DNA of 63,312 bases, filler included, from 4 parts of 4 records of this genome joined end to end with filler, not necessarily neighbours in it; one strand, 5' to 3'. Shown: positions 47,784 to 58,295, counted from the whole stretch's first letter. The notes: a model not told the origin generated them from the letters alone. Made by a program: numbers and translations.

Positions 47784-48554
47784 TTACGGCCCGACAATCG
47801 TTGTGCCGCCGTCGGCCACGATGACCTCGCCGGTGATGAACCGCGACCACGGACCCGCAAGGAAGGCCGCGATGCCGCCAATATCATCGGGTTCACCTAT
47901 ACGGCGCACAGGAGTGCGGTTGATCCGGTCCGCAGACAATTCGGGATTCTCCCAAAGCGCACGGGCAAAATCGGTTTTCACGAGGCCGGGCATGATGCAG
48001 TTGACAGTGATATTCTTCGGGCCCCATTCGACGGCGAGCGAACGGACAACGCCCAAATCAGCCGTTTTAGAAATTCCGTAAGCGCCCAATGTAGGCGAAC
48101 CGCGCAACCCTCCGATTGACGATACCACGATGAAACTTCCGCCGCCTTGTTCGGCCATCAACGGCATCGCCGCTTTGGCAAACCACAGCAAGCTATGAAC
48201 GTTTGATGTCATGACCTTTTCAAATGCGGAATCTTCCAGCTCGGCCAAGGGGCCATAAACGGGGTTCACCGCGGCGTTGGCCACAAAGATGTCGACCCTT
48301 CCCCACTTGTCTTTGGCCGTTTGCACAAGCGCCATGCAGTCGTCTTTCTTCGAGATGTTGCAAGCCACGGCCAAGGCTTCGCCGCCCTTGGCCTCGACCT
48401 CGACCACCGCTGCTTCACAGGCTTCAACCTTGCGCGACGCAATCACCACTTTTGCGCCAAGTGCCGCGAGATGGTGAACCACCGAAAGCCCGATGCCCTT
48501 GGAGCCACCAGTAACGACGGCGACTTTGCCATCTAAGGAATAGGGAAGGCTCAT
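47784..48554 (-). CDS. Short-chain dehydrogenase/reductase (DHRS4-like)
   Basis: TGGSKGIG, NAAVNP and YGISK. Confidence 0.94.
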   Translation of the reverse strand: MSLPYSLDGKVAVVTGGSKGIGLSVVHHLAALGAKVVIASRKVEACEAAVVEVEAKGGEALAVACNISKKDDCMALVQTAKDKWGRVDIFVANAAVNPVYGPLAELEDSAFEKVMTSNVHSLLWFAKAAMPLMAEQGGGSFIVVSSIGGLRGSPTLGAYGISKTADLGVVRSLAVEWGPKNITVNCIMPGLVKTDFARALWENPELSADRINRTPVRRIGEPDDIGGIAAFLAGPWSRFITGEVIVADGGTTIVGP

Positions 48555-49765
48555 AGACGTAGTTCCTTTCGACTTTCGGCAGGCTCATCGCCCATACGTA
48601 ATTGTAATCTGTCGCCGGTGTAGGGATGCGCTTCGGCAACCTCTTCGTTCAGTTCAACACCGATGCCTGGCGCATCTGGCACGATGACATGACCGTCTTC
48701 CCACCGGATCGGCGTGTGAAGAATTTCGGCATGGAAGCCGTCCCATTGTTCAATCCCTTCCATGATGAGGAAATTGGGCGAGCAGGCGCTAACTTGAATG
48801 TTTGCCGCACCGACGATCGGGCCGCAGAATAGATGCGGCGCGATTTGAGCGTGGAACGCTTCGGCCATGGATGCGATTTTTTTGGCTTCCAAAATCCCGC
48901 CGACACGGCCCAAGTTGGGTTGTAAGATGGCCGCCGCATCCTGACGTAAAAGGTCCGCGAATTCATATTTTGTGCAAAGCCGTTCGCCCGTCGAAACAGG
49001 GATCGACGTGTTCGCCGCAACCCGCGCGGTACCCGCGATATTGTCTGGTGGCGTGGGTTCCTCCAGCCAAAGCGGATCGGATTTTTCCAAACGTTTGGCC
49101 AGACGAATAGCTCCAGCTGGGGTCATCTCGCCGTGGGTGCCGATCAACAAATCGCAGCGATGCCCAACGGCTTCGCGAATGCGGGTCGTGTAGCGTTCAG
49201 CGAAATCCAACGTTTCCATCGACAACTGACGCGGATCGAAGGCCGTATAGGGCCGCGCGGGGTCGAATTTCAGCGCTGTGAAACCCTGCTCCACATATTC
49301 GAGGGCGCGTTCAGCGGCTTTGTCGGCGTCATCATAAACCGGCTGGTTAGATGGCGCATCAATTGGCGCATTCAAATAGGTGTAGCTGCGCAGACGGTCC
49401 TGTACTTTACCGCCTAGCAATTCGTAGACTGGCTTATCCAGCGATTTTCCGATGATGTCCCACAGCGCGATTTCGACGCCGCTGAAGATGCCCATCACAG
49501 TCGGGTCAGGCCGCTGCGAGAACCCAGCAGAATAGACATGACGGAAATGGCGTTCGATCTTAAACGGGTCAGCGCCGACAAAGTGGCGTTCGAACATATC
49601 GTCGATCATCGGCACCAGCGCTTTGGGGTGAAACGCCACGCCGTAAATTTCGCCGTATCCTTTTATGCCCGTGTCGGTGGTGACCCGGACAAACACCCAG
49701 TACGGCCCGCCCCGATGGATTGACGGATTGGCGACAACAAACGTTTTGATGTCCTTGATTTTCAT
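48551..49765 (-). CDS. Mandelate racemase/galactonate dehydratase-like enolase-superfamily enzyme
   Basis: EIALWDIIGK, KFDP, GTHG, WLEEP, TGERL and APH; the ATG at 49765 overlaps the upstream stop. Confidence 0.92.
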   Translation of the reverse strand: MKIKDIKTFVVANPSIHRGGPYWVFVRVTTDTGIKGYGEIYGVAFHPKALVPMIDDMFERHFVGADPFKIERHFRHVYSAGFSQRPDPTVMGIFSGVEIALWDIIGKSLDKPVYELLGGKVQDRLRSYTYLNAPIDAPSNQPVYDDADKAAERALEYVEQGFTALKFDPARPYTAFDPRQLSMETLDFAERYTTRIREAVGHRCDLLIGTHGEMTPAGAIRLAKRLEKSDPLWLEEPTPPDNIAGTARVAANTSIPVSTGERLCTKYEFADLLRQDAAAILQPNLGRVGGILEAKKIASMAEAFHAQIAPHLFCGPIVGAANIQVSACSPNFLIMEGIEQWDGFHAEILHTPIRWEDGHVIVPDAPGIGVELNEEVAEAHPYTGDRLQLRMGDEPAESRKELRL

Positions 49766-51381
49766 GCGTGTGCGTCCTCTAGGATCATGCTTGCTGCTTT
49801 TTCGCCGATCATTATGCATCCGGCGTTGGTGTTGCCGGACACCAGCGTTGGCATGATCGATGCATCGGCGACGCGCAGCCCGTCGATGCCGTGTACTTTC
49901 AATCTTGCATCCACGACTGCGCCTGCATCCGCACCCATCCGGCAAGTGGAACTAGGGTGAAAAATGGTCGACCCTTTGGCGCGCACATAGTCCAGCATCG
50001 CGTCGTCGCCTTGGACCAGCGGCCCAGGGGCGTATTCTTCGGCGATGTAATTTTTCATTGCAGGCTGACTAGCAACTTTACGTACCAGGTTCATGCCCTT
50101 GACCATAACGTGGCGGTCTTTGGCTTCGGTCAGGTAATTGGGCTGGATACTGGGTTTCTCGCGGTAATCCGCAGATGTAATCCGCACATGACCGCGGCTT
50201 TCAGGGCGCAGTTGGCACATAGTAACGGTGAACCCTGAAAACGGGTCCAGATTACGGCCGCGTTCTGATGCGGTAAACCGCAGGAAATGAAACTGGACAT
50301 CAGGCGTGGCCAGATCGGGGCTGGTCTTGGCAAAAACTCCCAACTGCCCCGCAGACAAAGACATCGGCCCGCCACGATCCTTAAGCCAACGCAGCGCAGA
50401 GCGGACTTGCCCCACAAAACTACCGGCTTCGTCATTCACTGTCACGGGTTGCGAACAACGGTATTTGCTCGAACAGGTATAGTGATCTTGCAGGTTTTCA
50501 CCGACCTCGGGCAAGTGGCGGCGCACCTGAATGCCAAGCGATTGCAGCGCTTCGCCGTCACCAATGCCGGACAGTTGCAAAATTTGCGGCGAATTGATTG
50601 CACCTGCGGACAAGACAACCTCGCGACGCGCACGGATTGTGCGTGTCTGACCGTTTCGGTCGACCTCAACGCCGGTGACGCGGCGGGTATCCATAATCAG
50701 GCGACGAACATGGCAACCCGTCTGAACATCCAGATTGGACCGGCCCTTTACGGGCCTCAGGTAGGCCGTCGCAGCCGAACTTCTCAAGCCATTGCGCGTA
50801 GTCACATGGAAATATCCCGCGCCCTCTTGTGTGCGGCCGTTATAATCGGGGTTGGTTGGAATGCCTGCCTGTTTGGCGGCCTCAATATAGGCATCACACA
50901 GGGGGTGCGCGCTCGCGCGTGCAACGCCGAGTGGCCCGACAGTGCCATGATATCCCTCATCGAGATTATCCATCACCGCTCCTTCGGCGTGACGGAAATA
51001 GGGCAATACATCGTCATAGCCCCATCCCGTACAGCCAAGCTGGCGCCAATGGTCAAAATCCTCGGCCTGACCGCGTGCGTACACCAGACCATTGACCGAA
51101 CTACACCCGCCGAGAACCTTACCACGGGGCCAATCAAACCTACGGCCAGATACATCCGGTTCAGTTTGGTACCCCCAGCTGATACGATGGTCGTCCATTG
51201 TGCGGTAGTATCCGATGGGGATATGAATCCACGGATTGTTGTCCTTTGGTCCGGCCTCTAGCAGCAGGACGCGGACATCGGGACGCGCGGACAGGCGGTT
51301 TGCAATGACGCATCCTGCCGACCCGGCCCCGACCACCACATAATCATATTCGGCGTCAAATATCTGCAAGGGTTTCCCCAT
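49762..51381 (-). CDS. GMC oxidoreductase (choline dehydrogenase-like)
   Basis: GAGSAG, RGKVLGGCSSVNG, GENLQDH and GNTNA. Confidence 0.95.
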   Translation of the reverse strand: MGKPLQIFDAEYDYVVVGAGSAGCVIANRLSARPDVRVLLLEAGPKDNNPWIHIPIGYYRTMDDHRISWGYQTEPDVSGRRFDWPRGKVLGGCSSVNGLVYARGQAEDFDHWRQLGCTGWGYDDVLPYFRHAEGAVMDNLDEGYHGTVGPLGVARASAHPLCDAYIEAAKQAGIPTNPDYNGRTQEGAGYFHVTTRNGLRSSAATAYLRPVKGRSNLDVQTGCHVRRLIMDTRRVTGVEVDRNGQTRTIRARREVVLSAGAINSPQILQLSGIGDGEALQSLGIQVRRHLPEVGENLQDHYTCSSKYRCSQPVTVNDEAGSFVGQVRSALRWLKDRGGPMSLSAGQLGVFAKTSPDLATPDVQFHFLRFTASERGRNLDPFSGFTVTMCQLRPESRGHVRITSADYREKPSIQPNYLTEAKDRHVMVKGMNLVRKVASQPAMKNYIAEEYAPGPLVQGDDAMLDYVRAKGSTIFHPSSTCRMGADAGAVVDARLKVHGIDGLRVADASIMPTLVSGNTNAGCIMIGEKAASMILEDAHA

Positions 51382-53002
51382 CTTCAAAGGTCGGGATGGT
51401 CCATGCTTGACCGGGCTGTGCTTTCAACAAGGCCTGTGTGTATTGATGACGCGGGGCGTTGAATATCTGCGTGACGCCGCCACGCTCGACAACTTCGCCA
51501 TGCTTCATGACCAGCACTTCGTTACATATCTGCGCGGCCACGCGAAGGTCGTGGGTGATAAAAATCACCGTCAAGCCAAGTCGGTCCCGAATGTCGTTAA
51601 GCAGATGCAAAACCTCGCGTTGGATGGACACGTCGAGCGCCGAAACAGCTTCGTCCGCGATCAGCACCTTGGGCTGCACCACAAGGGCGCGGGCAATACA
51701 CAGCCGTTGACGCTGGCCACCTGAAAACTGGCTCGGAAAACGGTTCACCGACTCGCGCGGCATGCGCACGATTTCGAGCAGTTTGTAGACCCGGTCCCAC
51801 GCCTCTTTGCGCGGAATGCCAAAGTTGACGGCCCCTTGAATAAGCTGGCTGCCAATGGCCCGGCGCGGATTGAGTGATCCGTAAGGATCCTGAAACACGA
51901 TCTGGATATCCTTGCGGTGGGCGCGCAATTCCGCACGGGGTGTAGCCGCGAAATCGACACCGGAGATATTGATCGCCCCACTGTCAGGATCAATCAGGCG
52001 CATCAGGCAGCGCACAAGCGTCGTTTTACCTGAACCGGATTCACCAACGATCCCCATCGTTTCACCGCGCCTGACCTGAAACGACACGTCTTTGACGGCT
52101 GCAACGGTGCGCGCCGGTTTGAAAAGGCCGCCAGCCGTCGTGAAAGTTTTGTTCAGTTTGTCCACATGGATCACGACTGGGGTTTCTTCGCACTGCGCCG
52201 CAAGCGTGCCTTCGGCGGGGCGCGGAACAGCGTCGATCAAGGCGCGGGTATAGGGGTGCTGAGGATTGTTCAGCACCTCGTCAGCTGTGCCTTGTTCAAC
52301 CATTTTTCCGTAGCGCATGACGACCACACGGTCCGCAATCTCGGCCACAACACCAAAGTCGTGGGTGATGAACATAATGCCTGCGTCGTGTTTGGAATTC
52401 AGCTGTTTGAGCAGGTGCAGAATTTGCGCCTGTGTCGTGACATCAAGGGCCGTCGTGGGTTCGTCCGCAATTAGCAGTTTTGGGTCGAGTGCGAGGGCCA
52501 TCGCGATCATGATGCGTTGCCGTTGGCCCCCGGACAGTTGGTGGGGAAAAGCGTTGTACAGACGCGCCGGTTCCGGCAGGTGCACTTCTTCCAACAAGCG
52601 CATCGTCTCTTTGCGCCGCTCCGACGCAGTGACTGACCGGTGAATACGAAACACTTCTTCGATTTGCTTACCTACAGTGTAAGCAGGATTCAGTGCGGTC
52701 ATAGGCTCTTGAAAAATCATCGCCATCTGACTGCCGCGCATCGCGTTGCGTTCTTCCTGCGGCAGTTTAAGCACGTCGCGCCCGGCAAATTCAATCTCGC
52801 CTTCCGTGACGTTCAAACCCGGCGACAACAACCCCATCGCGGCAAGCGATGTGATCGACTTCCCTGACCCCGATTCCCCGACAACACAGAGGATTTCACG
52901 GGGTCGCACGTCAAAAGAAATGCCTTCTACGGCGTTGGCACGTTCTATTTTGACAGGTAAACTTACAGTTAGATTGCGAATGGACAGGACTGGCTTAGTC
53001 AT
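51356..53002 (-). CDS. Peptide/opine-type ABC transporter ATP-binding protein (fused double NBD)
   Basis: Two GESGSGK motifs and two SGGQRQR motifs. Confidence 0.95.
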   Translation of the reverse strand: MTKPVLSIRNLTVSLPVKIERANAVEGISFDVRPREILCVVGESGSGKSITSLAAMGLLSPGLNVTEGEIEFAGRDVLKLPQEERNAMRGSQMAMIFQEPMTALNPAYTVGKQIEEVFRIHRSVTASERRKETMRLLEEVHLPEPARLYNAFPHQLSGGQRQRIMIAMALALDPKLLIADEPTTALDVTTQAQILHLLKQLNSKHDAGIMFITHDFGVVAEIADRVVVMRYGKMVEQGTADEVLNNPQHPYTRALIDAVPRPAEGTLAAQCEETPVVIHVDKLNKTFTTAGGLFKPARTVAAVKDVSFQVRRGETMGIVGESGSGKTTLVRCLMRLIDPDSGAINISGVDFAATPRAELRAHRKDIQIVFQDPYGSLNPRRAIGSQLIQGAVNFGIPRKEAWDRVYKLLEIVRMPRESVNRFPSQFSGGQRQRLCIARALVVQPKVLIADEAVSALDVSIQREVLHLLNDIRDRLGLTVIFITHDLRVAAQICNEVLVMKHGEVVERGGVTQIFNAPRHQYTQALLKAQPGQAWTIPTFEDGETLADI

Positions 53003-53006
53003 AACA

Positions 53007-53909
53007 TCAATTCCTGTTCTCTGGGGCCGTGACGTCACGAATGCCATCACCCAAAAGATTGATTGCAAGGATGAGTAAGAACAGCGCTGTGCCCGGGATA
53101 GCTATTAGCCAGCCGTCAAAGAACATCAGCCCCTTGGCTTCTGATATCATCAGGCCCCAACTGGGATCGGGCGGTTGAACACCCAAACCAAGGAAGGACA
53201 ATGCGGCTTCCAGCAGGATTGCGTGGGCCATCTCAAGCGTGGCTACGATGATGATGCTGTTCATAATATTGGGAAGGATTTCAACGAATAGAATGCGCGG
53301 AGTCGTGCTGCCAAGAGCTTCGGCCGAGGCGACAAAATCCAAAGATCGCACCTGTTGCGTGGCGCTGCGCATGACCACTGCAAATCGGTCCCAAATCAGC
53401 AGCCCCAAGACCCAGATCACCACGGTTAGGGACGACCCCATCAGGCTGACCACCGCAAGGGCGACCAGCACAACCGGCATAGACAGGCGCGTTGTGATGA
53501 TGAAGTTGATCAGCATATCCACGCGCCCGCCAAAATAGCCTGCACAAACGCCAAGTGTTGTACCGATCACGCCGGAAATCAGCATGGCGGAAAAGCCGAT
53601 CATCAGGGAAATACGGGCGCCATAGATCAGACGCGACATATAGTCCCGTCCCAGATGGTCGGTCCCCAGAATATGATTCCACGTTGCTTTCGGACTATCA
53701 AACCAGACAGGCGGGATCAGCTTTCGCGACAGAATCTGTTCGTATGGATCATGGGGTGCCAAAAGCGGGGCAAAAACGGCGATCAGGATAATCGCGACGA
53801 CGATAAACGCGCCAATCAATACGCCGCGATGGTGCATCGCACTGATCAACATCTGGCGCGTCGGGGTTGGTTGGGATGCGATGATGTCAGGTGTATCGGG
53901 GTGTGTCAT
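53007..53909 (-). CDS. Peptide/opine-type ABC permease (DppC-like)
   Basis: LGTDHLGRD and LSFLGLG. Confidence 0.94.
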   Translation of the reverse strand: MTHPDTPDIIASQPTPTRQMLISAMHHRGVLIGAFIVVAIILIAVFAPLLAPHDPYEQILSRKLIPPVWFDSPKATWNHILGTDHLGRDYMSRLIYGARISLMIGFSAMLISGVIGTTLGVCAGYFGGRVDMLINFIITTRLSMPVVLVALAVVSLMGSSLTVVIWVLGLLIWDRFAVVMRSATQQVRSLDFVASAEALGSTTPRILFVEILPNIMNSIIIVATLEMAHAILLEAALSFLGLGVQPPDPSWGLMISEAKGLMFFDGWLIAIPGTALFLLILAINLLGDGIRDVTAPENRN

Positions 53910-53910
53910 A

Positions 53911-54828
53911 TCAAGAAATCCTGATCCGAGGGTCCAGCCACGCATTCAACACATCCGCCAAGAACGTCAGCAGGATGTAGAAAACACTCAGCACCAGAAC
54001 GATGGCTTGCATCATGGGCAGATCGGCACGTTGAATTGATTCCCACGCGAGGAAGCCCAATCCGTTGACGGCGAAAATTGTCTCGATCACGATGGAGCCG
54101 CCCAGCATAAAACCGAACTGCACCGCGGCGAGCGAAACCACGGGAATGATCGCGTTGCGAAGCGCGTGTTTGAACAGGATTGAGAACGTGCTCGCCCCTT
54201 TGGCGCGAGCTGTGCGGATGTAGTCAGACCGCAGAACCTCGAGCATGCCGGCACGGGTAAGGCGCATGACACCCGGTGTGACAAAATACCCCAAGGCAAT
54301 CGATGGCATCACGAAGTGGGCCCATGTATCGTTTCCCGAAACTGGCAAGATGCGCCAGTTGATCCCGAACCACAGCATCATTGTCAGCGCGAACCAAAAG
54401 CTCGGCATGGCTTGGCCCACCACTGCCACCGTCAGGGCAAAGCGATCTAGTAAACTATTGGGACGGACGGCGGCAAGGACACCCAAAGGTATCGCGAGCG
54501 CCAGCGCAAATATCAGTGCACACAGCCCCAAGGTCATCGTTGTCTTGAGACGGGCAAAGACTTCGATTGATACCGGCTGGTTCAGATATAAGGATCTGCC
54601 AAAATCCCCCTGCACTGCATTCCCGAGCCATGACAAATACTGAACCGGAATAGATCTGTCGTATCCGTAAAATTCGCGGATACGCTGAATATCACCTTGT
54701 GTGGCGTTTTCGCCGGCCAAAGCAATAGCGGGATCACCGGTCAGGAACGTCATCGAAAATGTTAGAGCTGATACAGTCAAAGCGACCAAGGCAGCCGTAA
54801 CCATTCGTCTGAAGAAGAATACTAGCAC
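53911..54828 (-). CDS. Peptide/opine-type ABC permease (DppB-like)
   Basis: GDFGRS, YIRTARAKG and HALRNA. Confidence 0.94.
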   Translation of the reverse strand: MLVFFFRRMVTAALVALTVSALTFSMTFLTGDPAIALAGENATQGDIQRIREFYGYDRSIPVQYLSWLGNAVQGDFGRSLYLNQPVSIEVFARLKTTMTLGLCALIFALALAIPLGVLAAVRPNSLLDRFALTVAVVGQAMPSFWFALTMMLWFGINWRILPVSGNDTWAHFVMPSIALGYFVTPGVMRLTRAGMLEVLRSDYIRTARAKGASTFSILFKHALRNAIIPVVSLAAVQFGFMLGGSIVIETIFAVNGLGFLAWESIQRADLPMMQAIVLVLSVFYILLTFLADVLNAWLDPRIRIS

Positions 54829-54866
54829 CGCAGATGCTCACTTTTTTCAGGAGAGATCAGATGGTG

Positions 54867-54897
54867 GGCCCCCAGAACTTAGGATGTTCGGGGGGCC
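54867..54897 (-). terminator. Stem-loop after the SBP gene
   Basis: GGCCCCC-AGAAC...GTTCG-GGGGGCC. Confidence 0.5.
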
Positions 54898-54910
54898 TCT
54901 TTCGGTTGGG

Positions 54911-56440
54911 TTAGTTCCAAGTTGCCTCATAGAAGCGTGGCAACTCGTCGGACGTTGGCGTAAAGTTCAGGTCCTTCGAAAAGGCGTAATATTTCGCATA
55001 GGAGAACATTGGCAGCCAATAAGCTTCTTCTGCGATGATACCCAAAGCTTCGTTGTAGGCTTCCAACCGGACAGCTGGGTCCGTCGACGTATCCCCGCGG
55101 GCCAAGGCTTCGGCTGTGCGTGGATCATTTGCCGGATCATCAGGGCCGCCAGAGAAGAAATGCGGTGTGATCGCGCCAACGTCAGGAATTGAACCGGAGC
55201 CCCACGTCATGTGGTTGACCGGTGTTTTCCCCTGTTGCACGAGTTCAAGCAGGCTGCTGTATTGCAACCAGTTGAGTTTCGCCCGAATGCCAACGGCCGC
55301 AAGATCGCCAATGACCGCTTCTGTGAATTCCCGTTCGCGATACCCGTAAAGGTCAAACTCAAACCCGTCTGTATAACCCGCTTCTGCCAGAAGTGCACGA
55401 GCCTTGTCTGGATCGTAATCGTACTGCATCACATCGGAGGTGCAGCCGAACTGGTCAGGGTGACACGCTGAATGGATCACAACGGATGCTGGGCCTACCA
55501 ATTCTGTGGCTATGGCCTCGCGGTTGATCGCATGGGAAACAGCCCGACGAACGCGCACATCCGTAAAGAAATCCTGACCGGACCCACCGTCCACATCAAA
55601 CGACATGTACGAAATCCGTAGCGTCTTTTCATTGGCGATCGTCACCCGCCCGGTTTCTTCAAGTCGCGTTGCTTGCTCTTTCGGGACATCCCAAATCCAG
55701 TCCAATCCGCCCGTCAGAAGCTCAGCAAGCTGCGTGTTGGATTCCGAAATCGTACGGTAGTTGATGTTCCCGATTTGCGGCGTGCCTTTTGGCCCACCTT
55801 CGAAGTAATCATCGTTGCGTTCCCAATGAACATACTCGCCGGTCTTAATTTCGGCGACACGGTAAGGTCCGGTGCCAACCGGTGCCACGCCCGTATAGTC
55901 CCGCGTGCCATCAGCCCCTACAGGTGCATCATCGTAATGGCCATCAGGCATGATCGAGATTTCATTGGACAAATACGAGAACGCCAATGGGCTAGGATCG
56001 CTCAGCTCGACCCGAACTGTGTAATCGTCGATCTTTTCAGCCGAGCTCATCCAGTTGTAAATAGACGAAGCAGGAACACCGTTTTCCGGGTTCACTAAAA
56101 AATTGATCGTATAGACCACGTCATCGGCGTCAAAGGTACTGCCGTCATGGAAAACAACGTCTTCGCGCAGTTTGAATTCGACCGCGGTGTTGCCGTCCCA
56201 CTCCCAACTTTGGGCCAGAAGCGGTTCAAATTCACCGGTTTCGGAATTGTACAAGACAAGCCCATCCCAGCCCATTTGCCCCATAATTACCAGTTCGCGG
56301 GTGACGCTGAAGTAGGGGTCAACAACGGACACTTCTTTGCCCGTTGCCCAATTGAGCGTATCGTCCGCCTTGCCTGCCATCACAGGAAAAGCCACAGACG
56401 CCAACAAAGATGCACTAAGCGCAAGCTTTAGATGTTTCAT
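54911..56440 (-). CDS. ABC substrate-binding protein, family 5 (DppA/OppA-like)
   Basis: Signal peptide; LREDVVFHDG, PVGTGPY and DVRVRRAVSHAINR. Confidence 0.94.
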   Translation of the reverse strand: MKHLKLALSASLLASVAFPVMAGKADDTLNWATGKEVSVVDPYFSVTRELVIMGQMGWDGLVLYNSETGEFEPLLAQSWEWDGNTAVEFKLREDVVFHDGSTFDADDVVYTINFLVNPENGVPASSIYNWMSSAEKIDDYTVRVELSDPSPLAFSYLSNEISIMPDGHYDDAPVGADGTRDYTGVAPVGTGPYRVAEIKTGEYVHWERNDDYFEGGPKGTPQIGNINYRTISESNTQLAELLTGGLDWIWDVPKEQATRLEETGRVTIANEKTLRISYMSFDVDGGSGQDFFTDVRVRRAVSHAINREAIATELVGPASVVIHSACHPDQFGCTSDVMQYDYDPDKARALLAEAGYTDGFEFDLYGYREREFTEAVIGDLAAVGIRAKLNWLQYSSLLELVQQGKTPVNHMTWGSGSIPDVGAITPHFFSGGPDDPANDPRTAEALARGDTSTDPAVRLEAYNEALGIIAEEAYWLPMFSYAKYYAFSKDLNFTPTSDELPRFYEATWN

Positions 56441-56650
56441 TTAATTCCTCCCTAAACATTGCTCAAAACGACGACGGTGATCCGTCAAAGTTGAATACGG
56501 CCCGTGTCCTTGCATCCTCCCCGACACAATGAACAACCATCCCTCGCCTTCTGAACATCTGTAGGCGTGATCTACGGGGGTGCAACGCCATAAAGCAAAT
56601 GCTAAAGCTTTATTAGTCTATGCATACTGGTTATGACGAGGGAACATGAA

Positions 56651-57565
56651 ATGCACCTACAACTCCGTCAAATCGAAGCGTTTCGGGCTGTCATCGATAC
56701 TGGCAGCATGACCGAGGCCGGTAAGTTTCTTGGGGTGAGCCAACCCGCAGTCAGTCGTCAAATTCGCGATCTAGAACAACGGTTTGGGTTGAACCTTTTT
56801 ATCCGGCGCGCAGGCCGCATTGAACCAACAAAGGACGCAATTGCGCTTCATCATGAGGTTGAAAGATGTCTGGGGGGGCTGGAACAACTGGTCAAGTTCG
56901 CCAATGAGCTTGGCGCCCTGCGGAGGCAGCGGCTGCGGATCGCGGCGACAGTTGGCCATTCCTACTTTCTACTACCGAGCGTAATTCGTGAATTTAACAA
57001 ACGTTTCCCAAATGTTACGATCTCCCTGCGCAGCGTCCCGTCTGTTGAGGTTGTTGATCTCATCGAAAAAGGCCAAAGCGACATCGGCTTCGCCCTTCTT
57101 CCGTCGGATGCGCATGGTGTTAACATGGAGATCATGCCCGAGGTCGAGTTGGTTTGCGTTGTTCCCAAGGGGCATCATTTAGAAAGCAAACTTCAAATCG
57201 AGGCCTGCGATTTGGATGGCGTTCCACTGCTGCTGATTTCCGAGAACAGCTTGATGCGCAAAAGGTTGCTGCAAGCTTTCGAGGGCGCGAACATCAGGCC
57301 AAATGTTATCCTGGATTCGACCTACACCGGGCCAATTTGCAGTTTGGTCGGTCAGAACATGGGGGTCTCCATCGTTGATCACCTTACGGCCACATCATAC
57401 GCCGATCAGAATATCGTTATCAAACCCTTCAAACCAGCGATCCCCTGCGAATTGAAACTTGTAACCCATGCGCGGCAGAACATCTCTGCACCTGCTCGGG
57501 CATTTGTTGATATCGCAAGGGCGGTTCTGCTCCGAATATGCGATAGCTTGGACGCGAATTGTTAA
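56651..57565 (+). CDS. LysR-family regulator, divergent from the operon
   Basis: LRQIEAF and VSQPAVSRQIRDLE; alternative start at 56633. Confidence 0.94.
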   Translation: MHLQLRQIEAFRAVIDTGSMTEAGKFLGVSQPAVSRQIRDLEQRFGLNLFIRRAGRIEPTKDAIALHHEVERCLGGLEQLVKFANELGALRRQRLRIAATVGHSYFLLPSVIREFNKRFPNVTISLRSVPSVEVVDLIEKGQSDIGFALLPSDAHGVNMEIMPEVELVCVVPKGHHLESKLQIEACDLDGVPLLLISENSLMRKRLLQAFEGANIRPNVILDSTYTGPICSLVGQNMGVSIVDHLTATSYADQNIVIKPFKPAIPCELKLVTHARQNISAPARAFVDIARAVLLRICDSLDANC

Positions 57566-57636
57566 AATGGGGCTGCAGCATTTGGTCGATCCGTTCTCAC
57601 GCGGCGACATCCTTGGTTACCACCAATACCCATGAC

Positions 57637-57664
57637 GGCATCGTCAAGTTGTTGACGCCAGCAG
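57637..57664 (+). mobile_element. IS terminus, right copy (IS6-like)
   Basis: GGCATCGTCAAGTTGTTGACGCCAGCAG, an exact inverted copy of 38226-38253. Confidence 0.75.
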
Positions 57665-57764
57665 NNNNNNNNNNNNNNNNNNNNNNNNNNNNNNNNNNNN
57701 NNNNNNNNTTAATTAATTAANNNNNNNNNNNNNNNNNNNNNNNNNNNNNNNNNNNNNNNNNNNN
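57665..57764. other. Artificial contig linker
   Basis: N44-TTAATTAATTAA-N44. Confidence 0.99.
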
Positions 57765-58199
57765 CAGCATGATGCCGACCAGCGGCACCAGCAAGACATC
57801 GCGCAGCGGCACGAAACGCAAAAGGCGCAGGAACAAGGCGGTGCCCGCAAGTGCGAACACGGCCGCGACCGCCATCTTGGCCATAAGCGGCCATCCGGGG
57901 GCAAAGAGCGTGACGACGAGAAAACCCAGCGTAGCGGATTCGGTCGTTCCTGCCGTTGACGGCTCGACGAACCGGTTGCGCACGATCATTTGCATGACCA
58001 GACCCGCAATGGCGAGGGAGGACCCTGCCAACAGAATGGCCAGCGTGCGTGGGATGCGGCTGATCAGGAGAATCTGGGTGGCTCTGTCTTCGGCATTCGA
58101 GGACAGAAGCGTCTGAAGCGACACGTCGCTTACGCCGACAAACAGGCTGACAATCGCAAGAACGAACGTCACGACAATTGCCGCAATAAGAAGCCGCAC
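57765..58199 (-). CDS. Iron-siderophore ABC permease (FecCD/CeuB-like), N-terminal fragment
   Basis: SRIPRT and MQMIVRNRFVEPST. Confidence 0.92.
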
Positions 58200-58253
58200 G
58201 GGCGCCTGCCTTTGGAACGAGCCCGGCCGAATGGGACCGGAAGCAAGAAGAAG

Positions 58254-58276
58254 GCCCGGCGGAGAAACCGCCGGGC
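58254..58276 (-). terminator. Stem-loop after the siderophore SBP gene
   Basis: GCCCGGCGG-AGAAA-CCGCCGGGC followed by a pyrimidine tract on the minus strand. Confidence 0.6.
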
Positions 58277-58295
58277 GCGTTGTATCGATCCGAGA

